A program made the translations under genes and the position numbers. Below, piece by piece: positions 19,527 to 29,384 of a stretch of DNA of 64,000 bases. The notes beneath the pieces were generated by a model. The model was not told the origin of the DNA, made no database searches, and saw only the letters and a list, made by a program, of their open reading frames with translations. Positions within the stretch are counted from its first letter, which is position 1, and each line of letters begins with the position of its first letter. The stretch is from an uncultured Clostridia bacterium (GTDB taxonomy: Bacteria; Bacillota; Clostridia; Christensenellales; CAG-138). Location of the stretch: the NCBI GenBank assembly GCA_947168565.1, contig CAMVMM010000004.1:75857-139856 (forward strand). The letters are read 5' to 3'.

Positions 19527-19645
19527 TTTAATACCGATTTAATACCGGTTGAATACCGTTTAATTCTATTTAATAATGCTTGATACTGTTTTATGGTGTT
19601 TAATACTGTTTAATAGTGCTTGATCCTGCTTAATACTGTTTAAAC
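19527..19645. repeat. AT-rich degenerate 10-11-bp tandem array (consensus TAATACTGTT), about 12 units
   Basis: taataatgct tgatactgtt ttatggtgtt taatactgtt taatagtgct tgatcctgct taatactgtt. Confidence 0.8.
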
Positions 19646-19660
19646 ACCCCTTATATGATG

Positions 19661-19698
19661 AAAAAAACGGGCTTTCGTTCGATTTGAAAGCCCGTTTT
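19661..19698. terminator. bidirectional terminator
   Basis: aaaaaaacgggctttc...gaaagcccgtttt. Confidence 0.8.
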
Positions 19699-19701
19699 GA
19701 T

Positions 19702-19731
19702 ATGTTAATGTTAATGTTAATGTTAATGTTA
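19702..19731. repeat. (ATGTTA)5 microsatellite
   Basis: five perfect hexamer copies. Confidence 0.9.
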
Positions 19732-19745
19732 ATGGAACCTCGGCC

Positions 19746-22175
19746 TCAGCGCTTCCTTGCCGCACGCGCCTTTATCGGATCGTCCAGCCTTTTAAGGAAG
19801 GGCTGCACCGCAAGGCGGGCAAGCATAAGCACCGCGATCCCGCCCGCCGCCATCACGGCAAACATTATCCAGTTGCCGGAGGTGAAGGACTGCACGTCCA
19901 GCGAAAACATGGCGGGAAGGAACGCCGCTATCAGCACGAACGCGGCGCACATTGCGGAGCAAACGGCGATTCGCAGCGCGGAGAAGGGGCGGCAGATCAG
20001 GATCAGGTTGCCAAGCCCTATCGCGCCCGCAGAAAGCACCGCCATGGTGGATGCAACGCTGTCCTGCACACCATAATAATTGGCGATCATCGCGGCAAGC
20101 GCGCAGCAGGTAACGCCCAGAGCGCCGGGTATCGCGCTTAAAACTATCCGCTTCAAAAAGCTGCCCGAAAAGCGCTCCGAGCTTGGCTCAAGCGCCAGAA
20201 AGAAGGAGGGTATTCCCACCGTGAGCGAGCTTATAAGCGTCAGATGTATCGGCTCAAAGGGGTAGTTGAGCGGCAGAAACAGCGCAATAAGTATATTGAA
20301 AACGCTCAGCGCGAAGGAATACAGCGTTTTTTGAAGGAAGAGCGACGCCGTTCGCGTTATGTTTCCGATCACGCGCCGGCCCTCAGCCACGACAGCCGGA
20401 AGGGAGCTGAAATCGTTATCAAGCAGCACTATCTGCGCCGCGTGCTCCGTCGCCTCCGCGCCGCCGCCCATCGCTATGGAGCAGTCCGCCGCCTTGAGGG
20501 AAGGGATGTCGTTCACGCCGTCGCCCGTCATCGCCACGTTGTGCCCCTCCGATTTGAGCGCATCCACCAGAATGCGCTTGCGCTCCGGCGTGAGCCTGCC
20601 GAAGATAACGCAGCTCTTCGCCGCCTCGCACAGCTCCTCGTCCGTAAGCTTGGCGCAGTCCACAACGCGGTCGCCGCCGTCAAGCTCAAGCATCCGCGCA
20701 AGCGCAGCCACGGTGCGCGGATCGTCGCCGCTCATTATGCGCACCTTCACGCCCTCGCCCTTGAACCAGGCAAGAGTGTCCTTGGCGGTGGGGCGAAGGG
20801 TCTCGCGCAGCAGCACGAGCCCCAAAAGCCTGGTAACGGGGGGGAGCGCTTCGCCGTTAAGCACGCCGTCCGCCTCCGCAAGCAGCAGCACGCGGAAGCC
20901 CTCGTTCGTGGCCTTTGCCGCCTGCTCTATTTCTTTATCGCACACGAAAGAGGGTGCGCCGAGTATCAGCGTTTTGCCGTTTGCAAACGAAGCCGCGGAT
21001 TTTTTTCGAGCGGAGGAAAAGGGCAGGGTGGCGATGGCGTGCTCCGAGCTTGCGCCCACTGCGGAGGCTATGCCGCGCAGCGTGCCGGAGCCCGCCTCAA
21101 AAGCCGAGATAAGCTTTGCCGCCTTTTCTTTAAGCTCGGCTTCGCCCGCCTCAAGCGGAATAAAGCGCTCAAAGGAGGTTTCGCCCGTGGTGAGGGTGCC
21201 GGTTTTATCGGTGCAGAGCGTGTCCACCCTCGCAAGCGTTTCTATGCCGAAAAGCTCGTGAACGAGCGTTTTTCTGCGCCCAAGCTTCACCACGCCCGCC
21301 ATCAGCGCCACGGAGGTGAGAAGTATCAGCCCCTCCGGCAGCATGCCTATCATTGCGGCAACGGCCTTTGGCACGGCAACGTCGAGCGGCGCTTTAAGGT
21401 AGAAATATTGCTCCAAAAACATAATTATGCCGATCGGCACAAGGAGCCTGCTGACTATGGACACAAGCTTTTTCAGCTCGCCCAAAAGCTCCGACTTGGG
21501 AGCCACGATGCGCTTTGCCTCCTGCGTGAATTTGGCGGCATAGCTGTTGTTTCCAACGGCGATAAGCTGCGCCGTAACCCTTCCCTCGGTCAGATAGCTG
21601 CCGGAAAGCAGCACCTCGCCGGGCTTTTTTGTGATCGGCTCGCTTTCGCCCGTGAGCAGGGATTCGTCCGCCGCGCAGCTCCCCTCGGCAATAAGCGCGT
21701 CCGCCGGTATCTGATCGCCGCTTGAAAGGATCACAAGGTCGCCAAGCACCAGCTCCTCCGCAGGGCAGGAGCGCTCCGCCCCGTCGCGTATAACGCGGGA
21801 GGTGCGAACGTTCAAAAGCTTCAGCTTCTTCATCGTGGCGCGCGCGCGAAGCTCCTGCACGGTGCCTATCAGCGTGTTTGAAAACACAACGCCCAAAAAC
21901 ATCATGTTTTTCCAGGAGCCCACGAGCGCCAGGCAGAGGGCAAGCGCGAAATTGAGCAGGTTGAAAAGCGTGAAGAGATTATCCGAAATTATCCACATCA
22001 CGGTTTTATGCTCGTCCTCGGAGCGAATATTGCTCTCGCCCCTCTCGGCGCGCCTCGCCGCCTCCTCGCTGCTGAGCCCGCAGGGGGGAGTTTTTATGGC
22101 GTTCTCGGTGGAGCCGGTGGGCATCTCAAGCTTTTCCGCCGTATTGAGCTTCTCGTTAGAAGCCTTTTTCTTCAT
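19746..22175 (-). CDS. cation-transporting P-type ATPase (CtpE-like)
   Basis: LTGES, PEGL, DKTGTLT, MTGDGVND. Confidence 0.95.
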   Translation of the reverse strand: MKKKASNEKLNTAEKLEMPTGSTENAIKTPPCGLSSEEAARRAERGESNIRSEDEHKTVMWIISDNLFTLFNLLNFALALCLALVGSWKNMMFLGVVFSNTLIGTVQELRARATMKKLKLLNVRTSRVIRDGAERSCPAEELVLGDLVILSSGDQIPADALIAEGSCAADESLLTGESEPITKKPGEVLLSGSYLTEGRVTAQLIAVGNNSYAAKFTQEAKRIVAPKSELLGELKKLVSIVSRLLVPIGIIMFLEQYFYLKAPLDVAVPKAVAAMIGMLPEGLILLTSVALMAGVVKLGRRKTLVHELFGIETLARVDTLCTDKTGTLTTGETSFERFIPLEAGEAELKEKAAKLISAFEAGSGTLRGIASAVGASSEHAIATLPFSSARKKSAASFANGKTLILGAPSFVCDKEIEQAAKATNEGFRVLLLAEADGVLNGEALPPVTRLLGLVLLRETLRPTAKDTLAWFKGEGVKVRIMSGDDPRTVAALARMLELDGGDRVVDCAKLTDEELCEAAKSCVIFGRLTPERKRILVDALKSEGHNVAMTGDGVNDIPSLKAADCSIAMGGGAEATEHAAQIVLLDNDFSSLPAVVAEGRRVIGNITRTASLFLQKTLYSFALSVFNILIALFLPLNYPFEPIHLTLISSLTVGIPSFFLALEPSSERFSGSFLKRIVLSAIPGALGVTCCALAAMIANYYGVQDSVASTMAVLSAGAIGLGNLILICRPFSALRIAVCSAMCAAFVLIAAFLPAMFSLDVQSFTSGNWIMFAVMAAGGIAVLMLARLAVQPFLKRLDDPIKARAARKR

Positions 22176-22275
22176 TCGATCCCTCCAAATACAGTATCGT
22201 TATGTGCAAAACCGCATTACGGCACGCCTGTGGTCTGTTCGGATTCACAGCCGCAAACGGCGCTGATCGCTCCGC

Positions 22276-23850
22276 CTATCTGTCCGCCCGTTCGCCGTCC
22301 ACAGCAATAAGGCACTTTCCGCTCATCTCCTTCGGCACGGGAAGCCCCATCATGGTGAGCAGGGTGGGCGCAAGGTCGCAAAGCCTGCCGCCCTCAATAA
22401 GCCTTGTTCCGATCGGCTCGTTTGAAACGTAGATAAGCGGCACGGGGTTGGTGGTGTGCGGCGTGCAGGGCTCGCCGTTATCGTCGATCATCCTCTCGCA
22501 GTTTCCGTGATCCGCCGTGATAAGGCAGCTTCCGCCGCATTCCAAAATGGCGTCCACAAGCTCGCGCACGCAGCCGTCCACGGTTTCAACCGCCTTCACC
22601 GCCGCCTCAAGCACGCCTGTGTGACCCACCATGTCGGGGTTGGCAAAATTCAGCGCCATAAAGTCGTATTTACCTGAGCGTATGCTCTCAAGCGCCCTGT
22701 CGCAAACGCCGCGCGCGCTCATCTCCGGCATCATCTCATAGCCCTTTACCTTGGGGGACGGCACGAGAATGCGGTCCTCGCCCTCGAAAACCTGCTCCGC
22801 GCCGCCGTTGAAAAAGGAGGTCACGTGCCGGAATTTCTCGGTTTCGGCAATGCGAAGCTGGGTTTTCCCAAGCTTTGCAAGGTATTCGCCCATGGTGTTG
22901 TTCAGCGGCTCGGGGGGGATAACAACGCTCACCTTATCCGCAAACTCGGCGGAATAATCGCTCATGCAAACGTAATTCAAGGGGAAAAAGCCGTGCTTGC
23001 GCTCGAAGCCGTCAAAATCCGGATCCACAAACGCCCTGGTTATCTCGCAGGCGCGGTCGGGGCGGAAATTGAAGAAGATTACGCTGTCGTTCGGCTTCAC
23101 GGTGGCAACGGGCTCGCCGTTTTCGGTGATAACGCTGGGGATTATGAATTCGTCCTTCTTTGGATCGCGCGCATACGCCTCAAGCACGGCCTGCTCGGCG
23201 CTTTCGTATTTAAGCCCCTCGCCCAAAACCATGGCATTGTATGCCTTTTCAACGCGGTCGTAGTTGTTGTCCCTGTCCATGGCGTAGAATCGGCCCATCA
23301 CCGTGGCTATTTTGCCGCAGTCAAGCTCACGCAGCTTCGCTTCAAGCGCGCGCACGAAGTCTATGCCGCTGTCTATCGGCACGTCGCGCCCATCGGTAAA
23401 GCAATGGATATAAACCTTTTTCAGCCCCGCGTCCCGCGCGATCTCGATCAGCGAATAAAGGTGCTCGATATGGCTGTGAACGCCGCCGTCCGATAATAGG
23501 CCCCAGAGCTGCAGCGCGGAATCGTGCTTTTTGCAGTTTTCGATCGCGCCGACTATCGCGGGGTTCTTTGCAAGGCTGCCGTCCTTTGCGGCAAGAAAGA
23601 TCCTCGTAAGATCCTGAAACACTATGCGTCCCGCGCCGATATTGGTGTGTCCCACCTCGGAATTGCCCATCTGCCCGTCCGGAAGGCCAACGTCCAGCCC
23701 GGAGGCGTTTATAAGCGTGTGGGGATATTTTTGCTTCAGCGCACGGATATTCTTTATGCCCTGAATGCGCACGGCGTTGCCGTGCTCCTCGGTGGTGTAG
23801 CCAAAGCCGTCCAGAATGATAAGCGCCGTCAATTTCTTTTTGTTCTCCAA
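22276..23850 (-). CDS. gpmI: 2,3-bisphosphoglycerate-independent phosphoglycerate mutase
   Basis: GQMGNSEVGH, SDGGVHSH, DGRD, AETEK..HVT, NPDMVGHTG, TADHGN. Confidence 0.97.
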   Translation of the reverse strand: MENKKKLTALIILDGFGYTTEEHGNAVRIQGIKNIRALKQKYPHTLINASGLDVGLPDGQMGNSEVGHTNIGAGRIVFQDLTRIFLAAKDGSLAKNPAIVGAIENCKKHDSALQLWGLLSDGGVHSHIEHLYSLIEIARDAGLKKVYIHCFTDGRDVPIDSGIDFVRALEAKLRELDCGKIATVMGRFYAMDRDNNYDRVEKAYNAMVLGEGLKYESAEQAVLEAYARDPKKDEFIIPSVITENGEPVATVKPNDSVIFFNFRPDRACEITRAFVDPDFDGFERKHGFFPLNYVCMSDYSAEFADKVSVVIPPEPLNNTMGEYLAKLGKTQLRIAETEKFRHVTSFFNGGAEQVFEGEDRILVPSPKVKGYEMMPEMSARGVCDRALESIRSGKYDFMALNFANPDMVGHTGVLEAAVKAVETVDGCVRELVDAILECGGSCLITADHGNCERMIDDNGEPCTPHTTNPVPLIYVSNEPIGTRLIEGGRLCDLAPTLLTMMGLPVPKEMSGKCLIAVDGERADR

Positions 23851-24005
23851 AATGGTAAATTCCTCTCTTTATAAATATGGCTTGTGTCGATTCAAGGAGG
23901 GCTCCGGCGCTCCCGCCTGTTCGCGGCATTTGCCGCACGTGGGAATGCCGAAGCCCTATGATCGGTTTTTATTATGCTGTCAAGCGGTTTATTTGATCCG
24001 CAGGA

Positions 24006-25940
24006 TCACGCAAGCACGACCTGCGCAAAATCCTCCGCCACGAGGCTCGCGCCGCCGATAAGACCGCCGTCGATCTCCGGCATCGCCTTGAGGCCGGCCG
24101 CGTTCTTTGCGTTCATGCTGCCGCCGTACAGGATGCGGGCATTCTGCGCGAACTCGATGCCGTAAAGCTCCGCTATCACCTTGCGGATCGCGCCGATGGT
24201 ACGGTTCGCTTCATCATTGGTGGCGGTCTTTCCCGTGCCGATCGCCCAGATGGGCTCGTATGCCACGGTGATCTTCGCCGCCTCCGCCGCCTCGATGCCC
24301 TCGTACAGCGCCTTCACCTGACCCGCAAGGAAGGTGTCCGTAATGCCCGCCTCGCGCTGCTCAAGCGTTTCGCCGACGCAGACTATGGGCAGTATGCCGT
24401 TTTCAAGCGCCGCCTTCGTGCGCATATTCACGGTTTCGTCGGTTTCACCGAAGTACTGCCTGCGCTCGCTGTGTCCGATTATGGCGTACTTTACGCCGAT
24501 ATTCTTGAGCATATCCGCGCTGATCTCGCCGGTGAATGCGCCCTTTGCCGCCCAATGGATATTCTGGGAGCCGAGGGCGATATTGCTGCCTTCAAGATGC
24601 TTTGCCGCGCAGCAGAGGTCAACGAACGGCGGGCAGACCACAACGTCACACTTCGCTTCGGTCACAAGGGGCTTGAGCGCGTCGATAAGCGCCTTTGCCT
24701 CGTCCCTGTTTTTATTCATCTTCCAGTTGCCGGCGATCATCTGCCTGCGCTCGGGGCGATCCATCAGCGCCGCAACGCCGGGAAGGGTCTTGCCCTCAAG
24801 GAATTCAAGGCTCGCGCCGCCGCCGGTGGAGATATGGCTCATTTTATCCGCAAGGCCGAACTTGTTGATGGCGGAAGCGGAGTCGCCGCCGCCGATGATC
24901 GTGGTGCCCTCGCACTCCGCGCAGGCCCGTGCAACCGCCTCGGTGCCCTTTGCAAAGGCGTCCATCTCAAAAACGCCCATCGGCCCGTTCCACACAACGG
25001 TTTTCGCGGCGCGGATCCTTTCACCGTAGAGCTGTGCGGTCTTTTCGCCGATGTCAAGCCCCTGGAAGCCCTCGGGCATGGCGTTGAAGGGCACGGTTTT
25101 ATGCTCGGTATCGGGAGCAAACTCCCTGCCAACCACGCAGTCAACGGGCAGAAGCAGCTCCACGCCCTTTGCCTTTGCTTCGTCAAGAAGCTGCTTTGCA
25201 AGCTCGATATTCTCACTGTCGAGCAGGGAATCGCCTATCTCAAGCCCCATCGCCTTGAAGAAGGTGTAGCTCATCGCGCCGCCGATAAGCAGCGTGTCGC
25301 ACTTATTGAGCAGGTTTTTGATAACGCCGATCTTGTCGCCCACCTTCTTGCCGCCAAGGATGGCAACGAAGGGACGCTCGGGCGCGGAGAGCGCGCCGCC
25401 CATGAAGCTGAGCTCCTTATCGATAAGGAAGCCGGAAACGGCGGGCAGATAGTGCGCCACGCCCTCGGTGGAGGCATGCGCCCTGTGAACGGTGCCGAAA
25501 GCGTCGGACACATACAGCTCCGCATAGGAGGCAAGCGCCTTTGCAAATTCGGGGTCGTTCTTTTCCTCCTCCTTATGGAAGCGGAGGTTTTCAAGCAGCA
25601 GCACCTCGCCCTCCTTGAGCTCGGCGGCCTTTTTCCTTGCGTCCTCACCGATGACGTCGGATGCGAAAACTACCTTCACACCTGGAAGCAGCTCCGCAAG
25701 GCGCTTTGCCACGGGAGCAAGGCTCATCTCGGGCACGAACGCGCCCTTGGGGCGGCCGAGGTGGGAGCAGAGAATGGTCTTTGCGCCGTTCTCAACAAGG
25801 TATTTCACGGTGGGCAGAGCGCCCAGAATGCGGCTTTCGTCGGTAATATTGAGCTTATCGTCGAGGGGAACGTTGAAATCAACGCGCACAAGCACGCGCT
25901 TGCCCTTTACGGGAACGTCGGTTACGGAAAGTTTAGACAT
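24006..25940 (-). CDS. pgk-tpiA: fused phosphoglycerate kinase / triosephosphate isomerase
   Basis: PGK motifs ([23 protein letters not shown]), linker MDRPERR, then TPI motifs ([34 protein letters not shown]) in one frame. Confidence 0.96.
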   Translation of the reverse strand: MSKLSVTDVPVKGKRVLVRVDFNVPLDDKLNITDESRILGALPTVKYLVENGAKTILCSHLGRPKGAFVPEMSLAPVAKRLAELLPGVKVVFASDVIGEDARKKAAELKEGEVLLLENLRFHKEEEKNDPEFAKALASYAELYVSDAFGTVHRAHASTEGVAHYLPAVSGFLIDKELSFMGGALSAPERPFVAILGGKKVGDKIGVIKNLLNKCDTLLIGGAMSYTFFKAMGLEIGDSLLDSENIELAKQLLDEAKAKGVELLLPVDCVVGREFAPDTEHKTVPFNAMPEGFQGLDIGEKTAQLYGERIRAAKTVVWNGPMGVFEMDAFAKGTEAVARACAECEGTTIIGGGDSASAINKFGLADKMSHISTGGGASLEFLEGKTLPGVAALMDRPERRQMIAGNWKMNKNRDEAKALIDALKPLVTEAKCDVVVCPPFVDLCCAAKHLEGSNIALGSQNIHWAAKGAFTGEISADMLKNIGVKYAIIGHSERRQYFGETDETVNMRTKAALENGILPIVCVGETLEQREAGITDTFLAGQVKALYEGIEAAEAAKITVAYEPIWAIGTGKTATNDEANRTIGAIRKVIAELYGIEFAQNARILYGGSMNAKNAAGLKAMPEIDGGLIGGASLVAEDFAQVVLA

Positions 25941-26009
25941 TTTTGTGCCTCCAAAAAGGTTAATATTTTAAAAACCGAAGCTTCGGCGCTTCATTGCGCC
26001 CTAAGCTTG

Positions 26010-26038
26010 ATTATAGCACTTTATCCGGGAAACGGCAA
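26010..26038 (-). promoter_or_regulatory. sigma-A promoter of pgk-tpiA-gpmI
   Basis: Minus strand TTGCCG-17bp-TATAAT with TG extension. Confidence 0.65.
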
Positions 26039-26179
26039 TACGGCGGGGGCGAATAATTTAATATAAGAAAAGAAATTATTGCGAAAAAGCGGGGGAGGGC
26101 TCGGAATCGGGCGTTATCCCGCATCAAGGCTCTGCACGCGGAAGCGTTGGCCTTTTGCTTCTCTTGAGAATGTTTTCAT

Positions 26180-26356
26180 TCACGGAAATCAATCTTGCCT
26201 GTATTTTCACAATAAGCAGAATCAGCAGCATTGAATATACACAGCGAGTTACACAAAATCGCTTGAAGCAGAGCGTTATTGCATAAAATATTGTGCGCCT
26301 CATGCCAAGACAATAGGCAAGCAGACGAAATGTCAAGCAAAAATTGATTTCCGTGA
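26180..26356. repeat. segment bounded by 14-bp perfect inverted repeats
   Basis: tcacggaaatcaat (26180-26193) and attgatttccgtga (26343-26356). Confidence 0.75.
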
Positions 26357-26372
26357 TTTCATTTGGAAACAG

Positions 26373-26401
26373 TTGACGTCACAGCAAAGAAATGATATAA
26401 T
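26373..26401 (+). promoter_or_regulatory. sigma-A promoter
   Basis: TTGACG-17bp-TATAAT with TG extension. Confidence 0.7.
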
Positions 26402-26638
26402 CTCATTGCATAATAATTCTATGAAGGTGATATGTATGCAGTTCAAAAGAATCTTTTCGGCAGCTCTATCGTTCGGGCTAATTCGTGGAATAATGGTCTT
26501 GCCACGGGAGAACAGGATCGTTTAGCGGTACCAACGGTTTTATGCCGTCACCCGCGGAAGAACAGATGGACTCTGCGCCGTTTTGCGGGCATGATCATAA
26601 TTAAAGGATATTATGCCATGGAAGGGAAAAGTAATTCC

Positions 26639-27370
26639 ATGAAGAAAACCGTTATTACCCTTATCGTTTGCGCCGCGCTGGTTGTCGGCGGCTTTTTCGG
26701 CGCAAAGGCAGTTATAAACAGGGAAAGAGCTGCGCATGCGGAAGATATTCAGGCGAAAAGTGTGCAGACCGAAGCTCCGCAGACCGAAGCTCCGCAGACA
26801 GATGCTTCGCATTCGCAGCAGTCCGAGAAAACCGAAATAATATGGTATCACCCATCGGATGAGAACGACAGCCTCGATCTGTCGAACTTGAGCGACGCTG
26901 AAGCTGATGCGGTAATGAATGCTCAAACCGATGCCATTAAAGCCGCTGAAGCATTTGACAGGGCAGTTGAAAACGAGCTCCCAAAAGGAATGCATTATCC
27001 CGATTGGTTCGGAGGCTCGTGGATTGGAAAGGACAATAAGCTGCACCTTGCGTTTGCGCGCTGCGCCTCCGAAGCCGCGCGGGAACTGACGGAAAAGGCA
27101 TTGAGCGCTTATTCGCACACGGTCTTCTATGAGCAGGATATGCCCTATTCCTACAACGAGCTTGAAAGCAGGTGCGGGGAGATATTCGATCATTTGCGCG
27201 AAAAAGGGTTTAAAGTGACGGGTATCAATGTGGACGAGAGGTTTAACCGCATAGAGCTAAGCGTGCTCCCCGAGGATCTTGAGGCGGTGGAGGCATATCG
27301 CGCGGAGCTTGAGGCGCTGTTCCCATATCCGATGGTTATTGAGGAAGGGTATTATTTTCAAGCGCAATAA
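26639..27370 (+). CDS. exported/membrane-anchored hypothetical protein
   Basis: MKKTVITLIVCAALVVGG signal or anchor, QTEAP repeats. Confidence 0.7.
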   Translation: MKKTVITLIVCAALVVGGFFGAKAVINRERAAHAEDIQAKSVQTEAPQTEAPQTDASHSQQSEKTEIIWYHPSDENDSLDLSNLSDAEADAVMNAQTDAIKAAEAFDRAVENELPKGMHYPDWFGGSWIGKDNKLHLAFARCASEAARELTEKALSAYSHTVFYEQDMPYSYNELESRCGEIFDHLREKGFKVTGINVDERFNRIELSVLPEDLEAVEAYRAELEALFPYPMVIEEGYYFQAQ

Positions 27371-27569
27371 AGCAAAGCTGTAACGGAACAGCTCCGCTTT
27401 GATAAGCATCCAAAGGGCGCTGCCTCTGCTTGAGTCAAGGGGTCAGCGCTCTTTGCCTTTCGTAGAGCGTTTAGGTCGTGTGAACGCGCCATAGCTTTCC
27501 GCAGACGGACGGCGCGGATCCAGCCTGCGGGAATTATTCTCCCGAGCCTGTTCAGCGCAAAAATCCATA

Positions 27570-27598
27570 TTGACAAATCACGCGCAATCAATTATAAT
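27570..27598 (+). promoter_or_regulatory. consensus sigma-A promoter
   Basis: TTGACA-17bp-TATAAT. Confidence 0.8.
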
Positions 27599-27640
27599 AA
27601 TTCGGAGTTTTGATGAAATCAAAAAGGAGATATGATCGAA

Positions 27641-29137
27641 ATGAAAACCAAACTCATCAAATTCGCTGCGCTCGCGCTTGCCTGCATCATGTTCGCAGGC
27701 GTTTTCGCGTGCTCTGCGGCACAGAACGATATGAGCAAGATCTCTATCGGCAGCGTCGGCAAGGTCAATTTCACCCTTGCGGACTATATGGAGAGCTACA
27801 ATACCTATGCTCCGTACGTGCAGTACATGAGCAATCTGAACGAAACCGTTAAGAACCAGCTCATCAACTACGGCGCCACCCTCACCCGCTGCTACGATCA
27901 GGGCATCAAGCTGGACGAGGCCGAGGAGCAGCAGCTCAAGCAGGACGTTGAGGCCGAGTTCAAAAAGGCTGTTGAGGCCATGACCGCTCCGAGCGACGTT
28001 ACCGGCGAGGACGCCATCTACGCCGCCAAGCTCGAGGCGTTCAAAAAGCAGATGAAGGACAACGGCTACACCGAGGCCTCCTACAAGAGCGAGCTTGAGG
28101 ACAACCTTCGCAAATCCAAGCTCATGGAGAAGCTCCGCGAGCAGGTGAATGCCGAGGTCGAATTCGGCAAGGAGCAGGTCAAGACCTATTTTGACGAGCA
28201 TCTTGCCACCGATGAGGAAAAATATAAGAACGACCCCAACGCTTTCGCCACCGCGTACAATTCCTACATCGCGGACAGCGGCTTTATCCCGCTCTATACC
28301 CCCGAGGGAATGTTCACCGTGAAGCAGCTTCTTGTGCAGTATGAGAACAACGAATCCGTTTCAGCCACCGTTGAGGGCGTTTTCAACGATGAGCTCAACA
28401 AAAAGCTGGACGAGGTCCGCGCTGCGCTCGACGGCGGCATCAGCCTGGACGATTTCGTGAAGAACTTCGTTTCCAACAAGGATTATAATAACGACACCGT
28501 GTTTGTGCCCGCCGAGCCCAACGAGGACGGCACCGAGGTTGAGGAATCCGCTCAGACCCTCGGCTACCGCAAGCATGGCTACATAATGCACGAGAAGCTT
28601 CTCAGCAGGTATTTCGACGGCTTCGGCGTTGCCGCCTGCATGCTCAAGTACGGCGAGGACTGGACCGAGCCCACCCCCGAGCCCAGCGCAACTCCCGCGC
28701 CCACCGCCGCTCCCGAGGGCGACGCAAGCGCAGAGCCCACCGCTGCGCCCACCGAGGCTCCCACCGCCGCGCCCACCGAGGCTCCCTCCGCCGATCCCGA
28801 GGCTACCGAGGCTCCCGAGGAGGACCTTATCGAGAAGTACAGCATCAAGTTCTACGAAACCACCGACGGCCACAAGATCGCCGAGGTCAAGACCAACGTG
28901 GCAAGGGGCGGCATCCACTTCATGTTCCTCAATGAGGAGCTTGAGAGCGGCGCAGCCACCATGGACGAGAACAACGAGGAGGATCCCGTTTACGCGAATA
29001 TCGCCAAGTTCTATCGTCAGGAGCTTGAAAACAATCATTACACCGAGTCCCTCAAGAAGTGGGTCGAGGAAACTCCCGTAAGGCTGAACAACACCTATAT
29101 CGACAACTTCGCAAGGAGCTATCTCGGCATCAACTGA
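27641..29137 (+). CDS. PrsA/SurA-like foldase lipoprotein with Pro/Thr/Ala-rich insert
   Basis: Lipobox VFAC, SurA-N-like helical region, VKQLLV and GIHFM rotamase-like strands, strong codon bias. Confidence 0.65.
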   Translation: MKTKLIKFAALALACIMFAGVFACSAAQNDMSKISIGSVGKVNFTLADYMESYNTYAPYVQYMSNLNETVKNQLINYGATLTRCYDQGIKLDEAEEQQLKQDVEAEFKKAVEAMTAPSDVTGEDAIYAAKLEAFKKQMKDNGYTEASYKSELEDNLRKSKLMEKLREQVNAEVEFGKEQVKTYFDEHLATDEEKYKNDPNAFATAYNSYIADSGFIPLYTPEGMFTVKQLLVQYENNESVSATVEGVFNDELNKKLDEVRAALDGGISLDDFVKNFVSNKDYNNDTVFVPAEPNEDGTEVEESAQTLGYRKHGYIMHEKLLSRYFDGFGVAACMLKYGEDWTEPTPEPSATPAPTAAPEGDASAEPTAAPTEAPTAAPTEAPSADPEATEAPEEDLIEKYSIKFYETTDGHKIAEVKTNVARGGIHFMFLNEELESGAATMDENNEEDPVYANIAKFYRQELENNHYTESLKKWVEETPVRLNNTYIDNFARSYLGIN

Positions 29138-29384
29138 GAAGGCGGCAGATAAGTAAATACAGATAATGAAGCGGGGCGGCTGATCGGCCGCCCCATTGTT
29201 TTACGCTTAACGCTTTCAATACGCTGAAAACTTTCTATACGCTATGCACTTTTTTACCGCTTATCCGCGCAAATCGTTCGTCGTAATTCGGTGTAACCGC
29301 CTGTCGGCGCCGCGAACCACGGCGTTCGTTTGCCCCAAGCGGGAATCACGCCGCTGCGCACTCGCGCCGGGCGGCGAATATGCC

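Noticed and set aside
19527-19731. Possible CRISPR array (also 62887-62980)
   Set aside because: Contiguous tandem units without unique spacers; no cas genes
26124-26336. 70-aa minus-strand ORF inside the inverted-repeat segment
   Set aside because: No RBS, TTG start within a -35-like hexamer, no recognisable features
27400-27560. Hairpin-rich intergenic stretch as riboswitch or ncRNA
   Set aside because: One stem (caaagggcgctg/cagcgctctttg) is adequately explained as a terminator; it lies upstream of the next promoter and matches no motif I know
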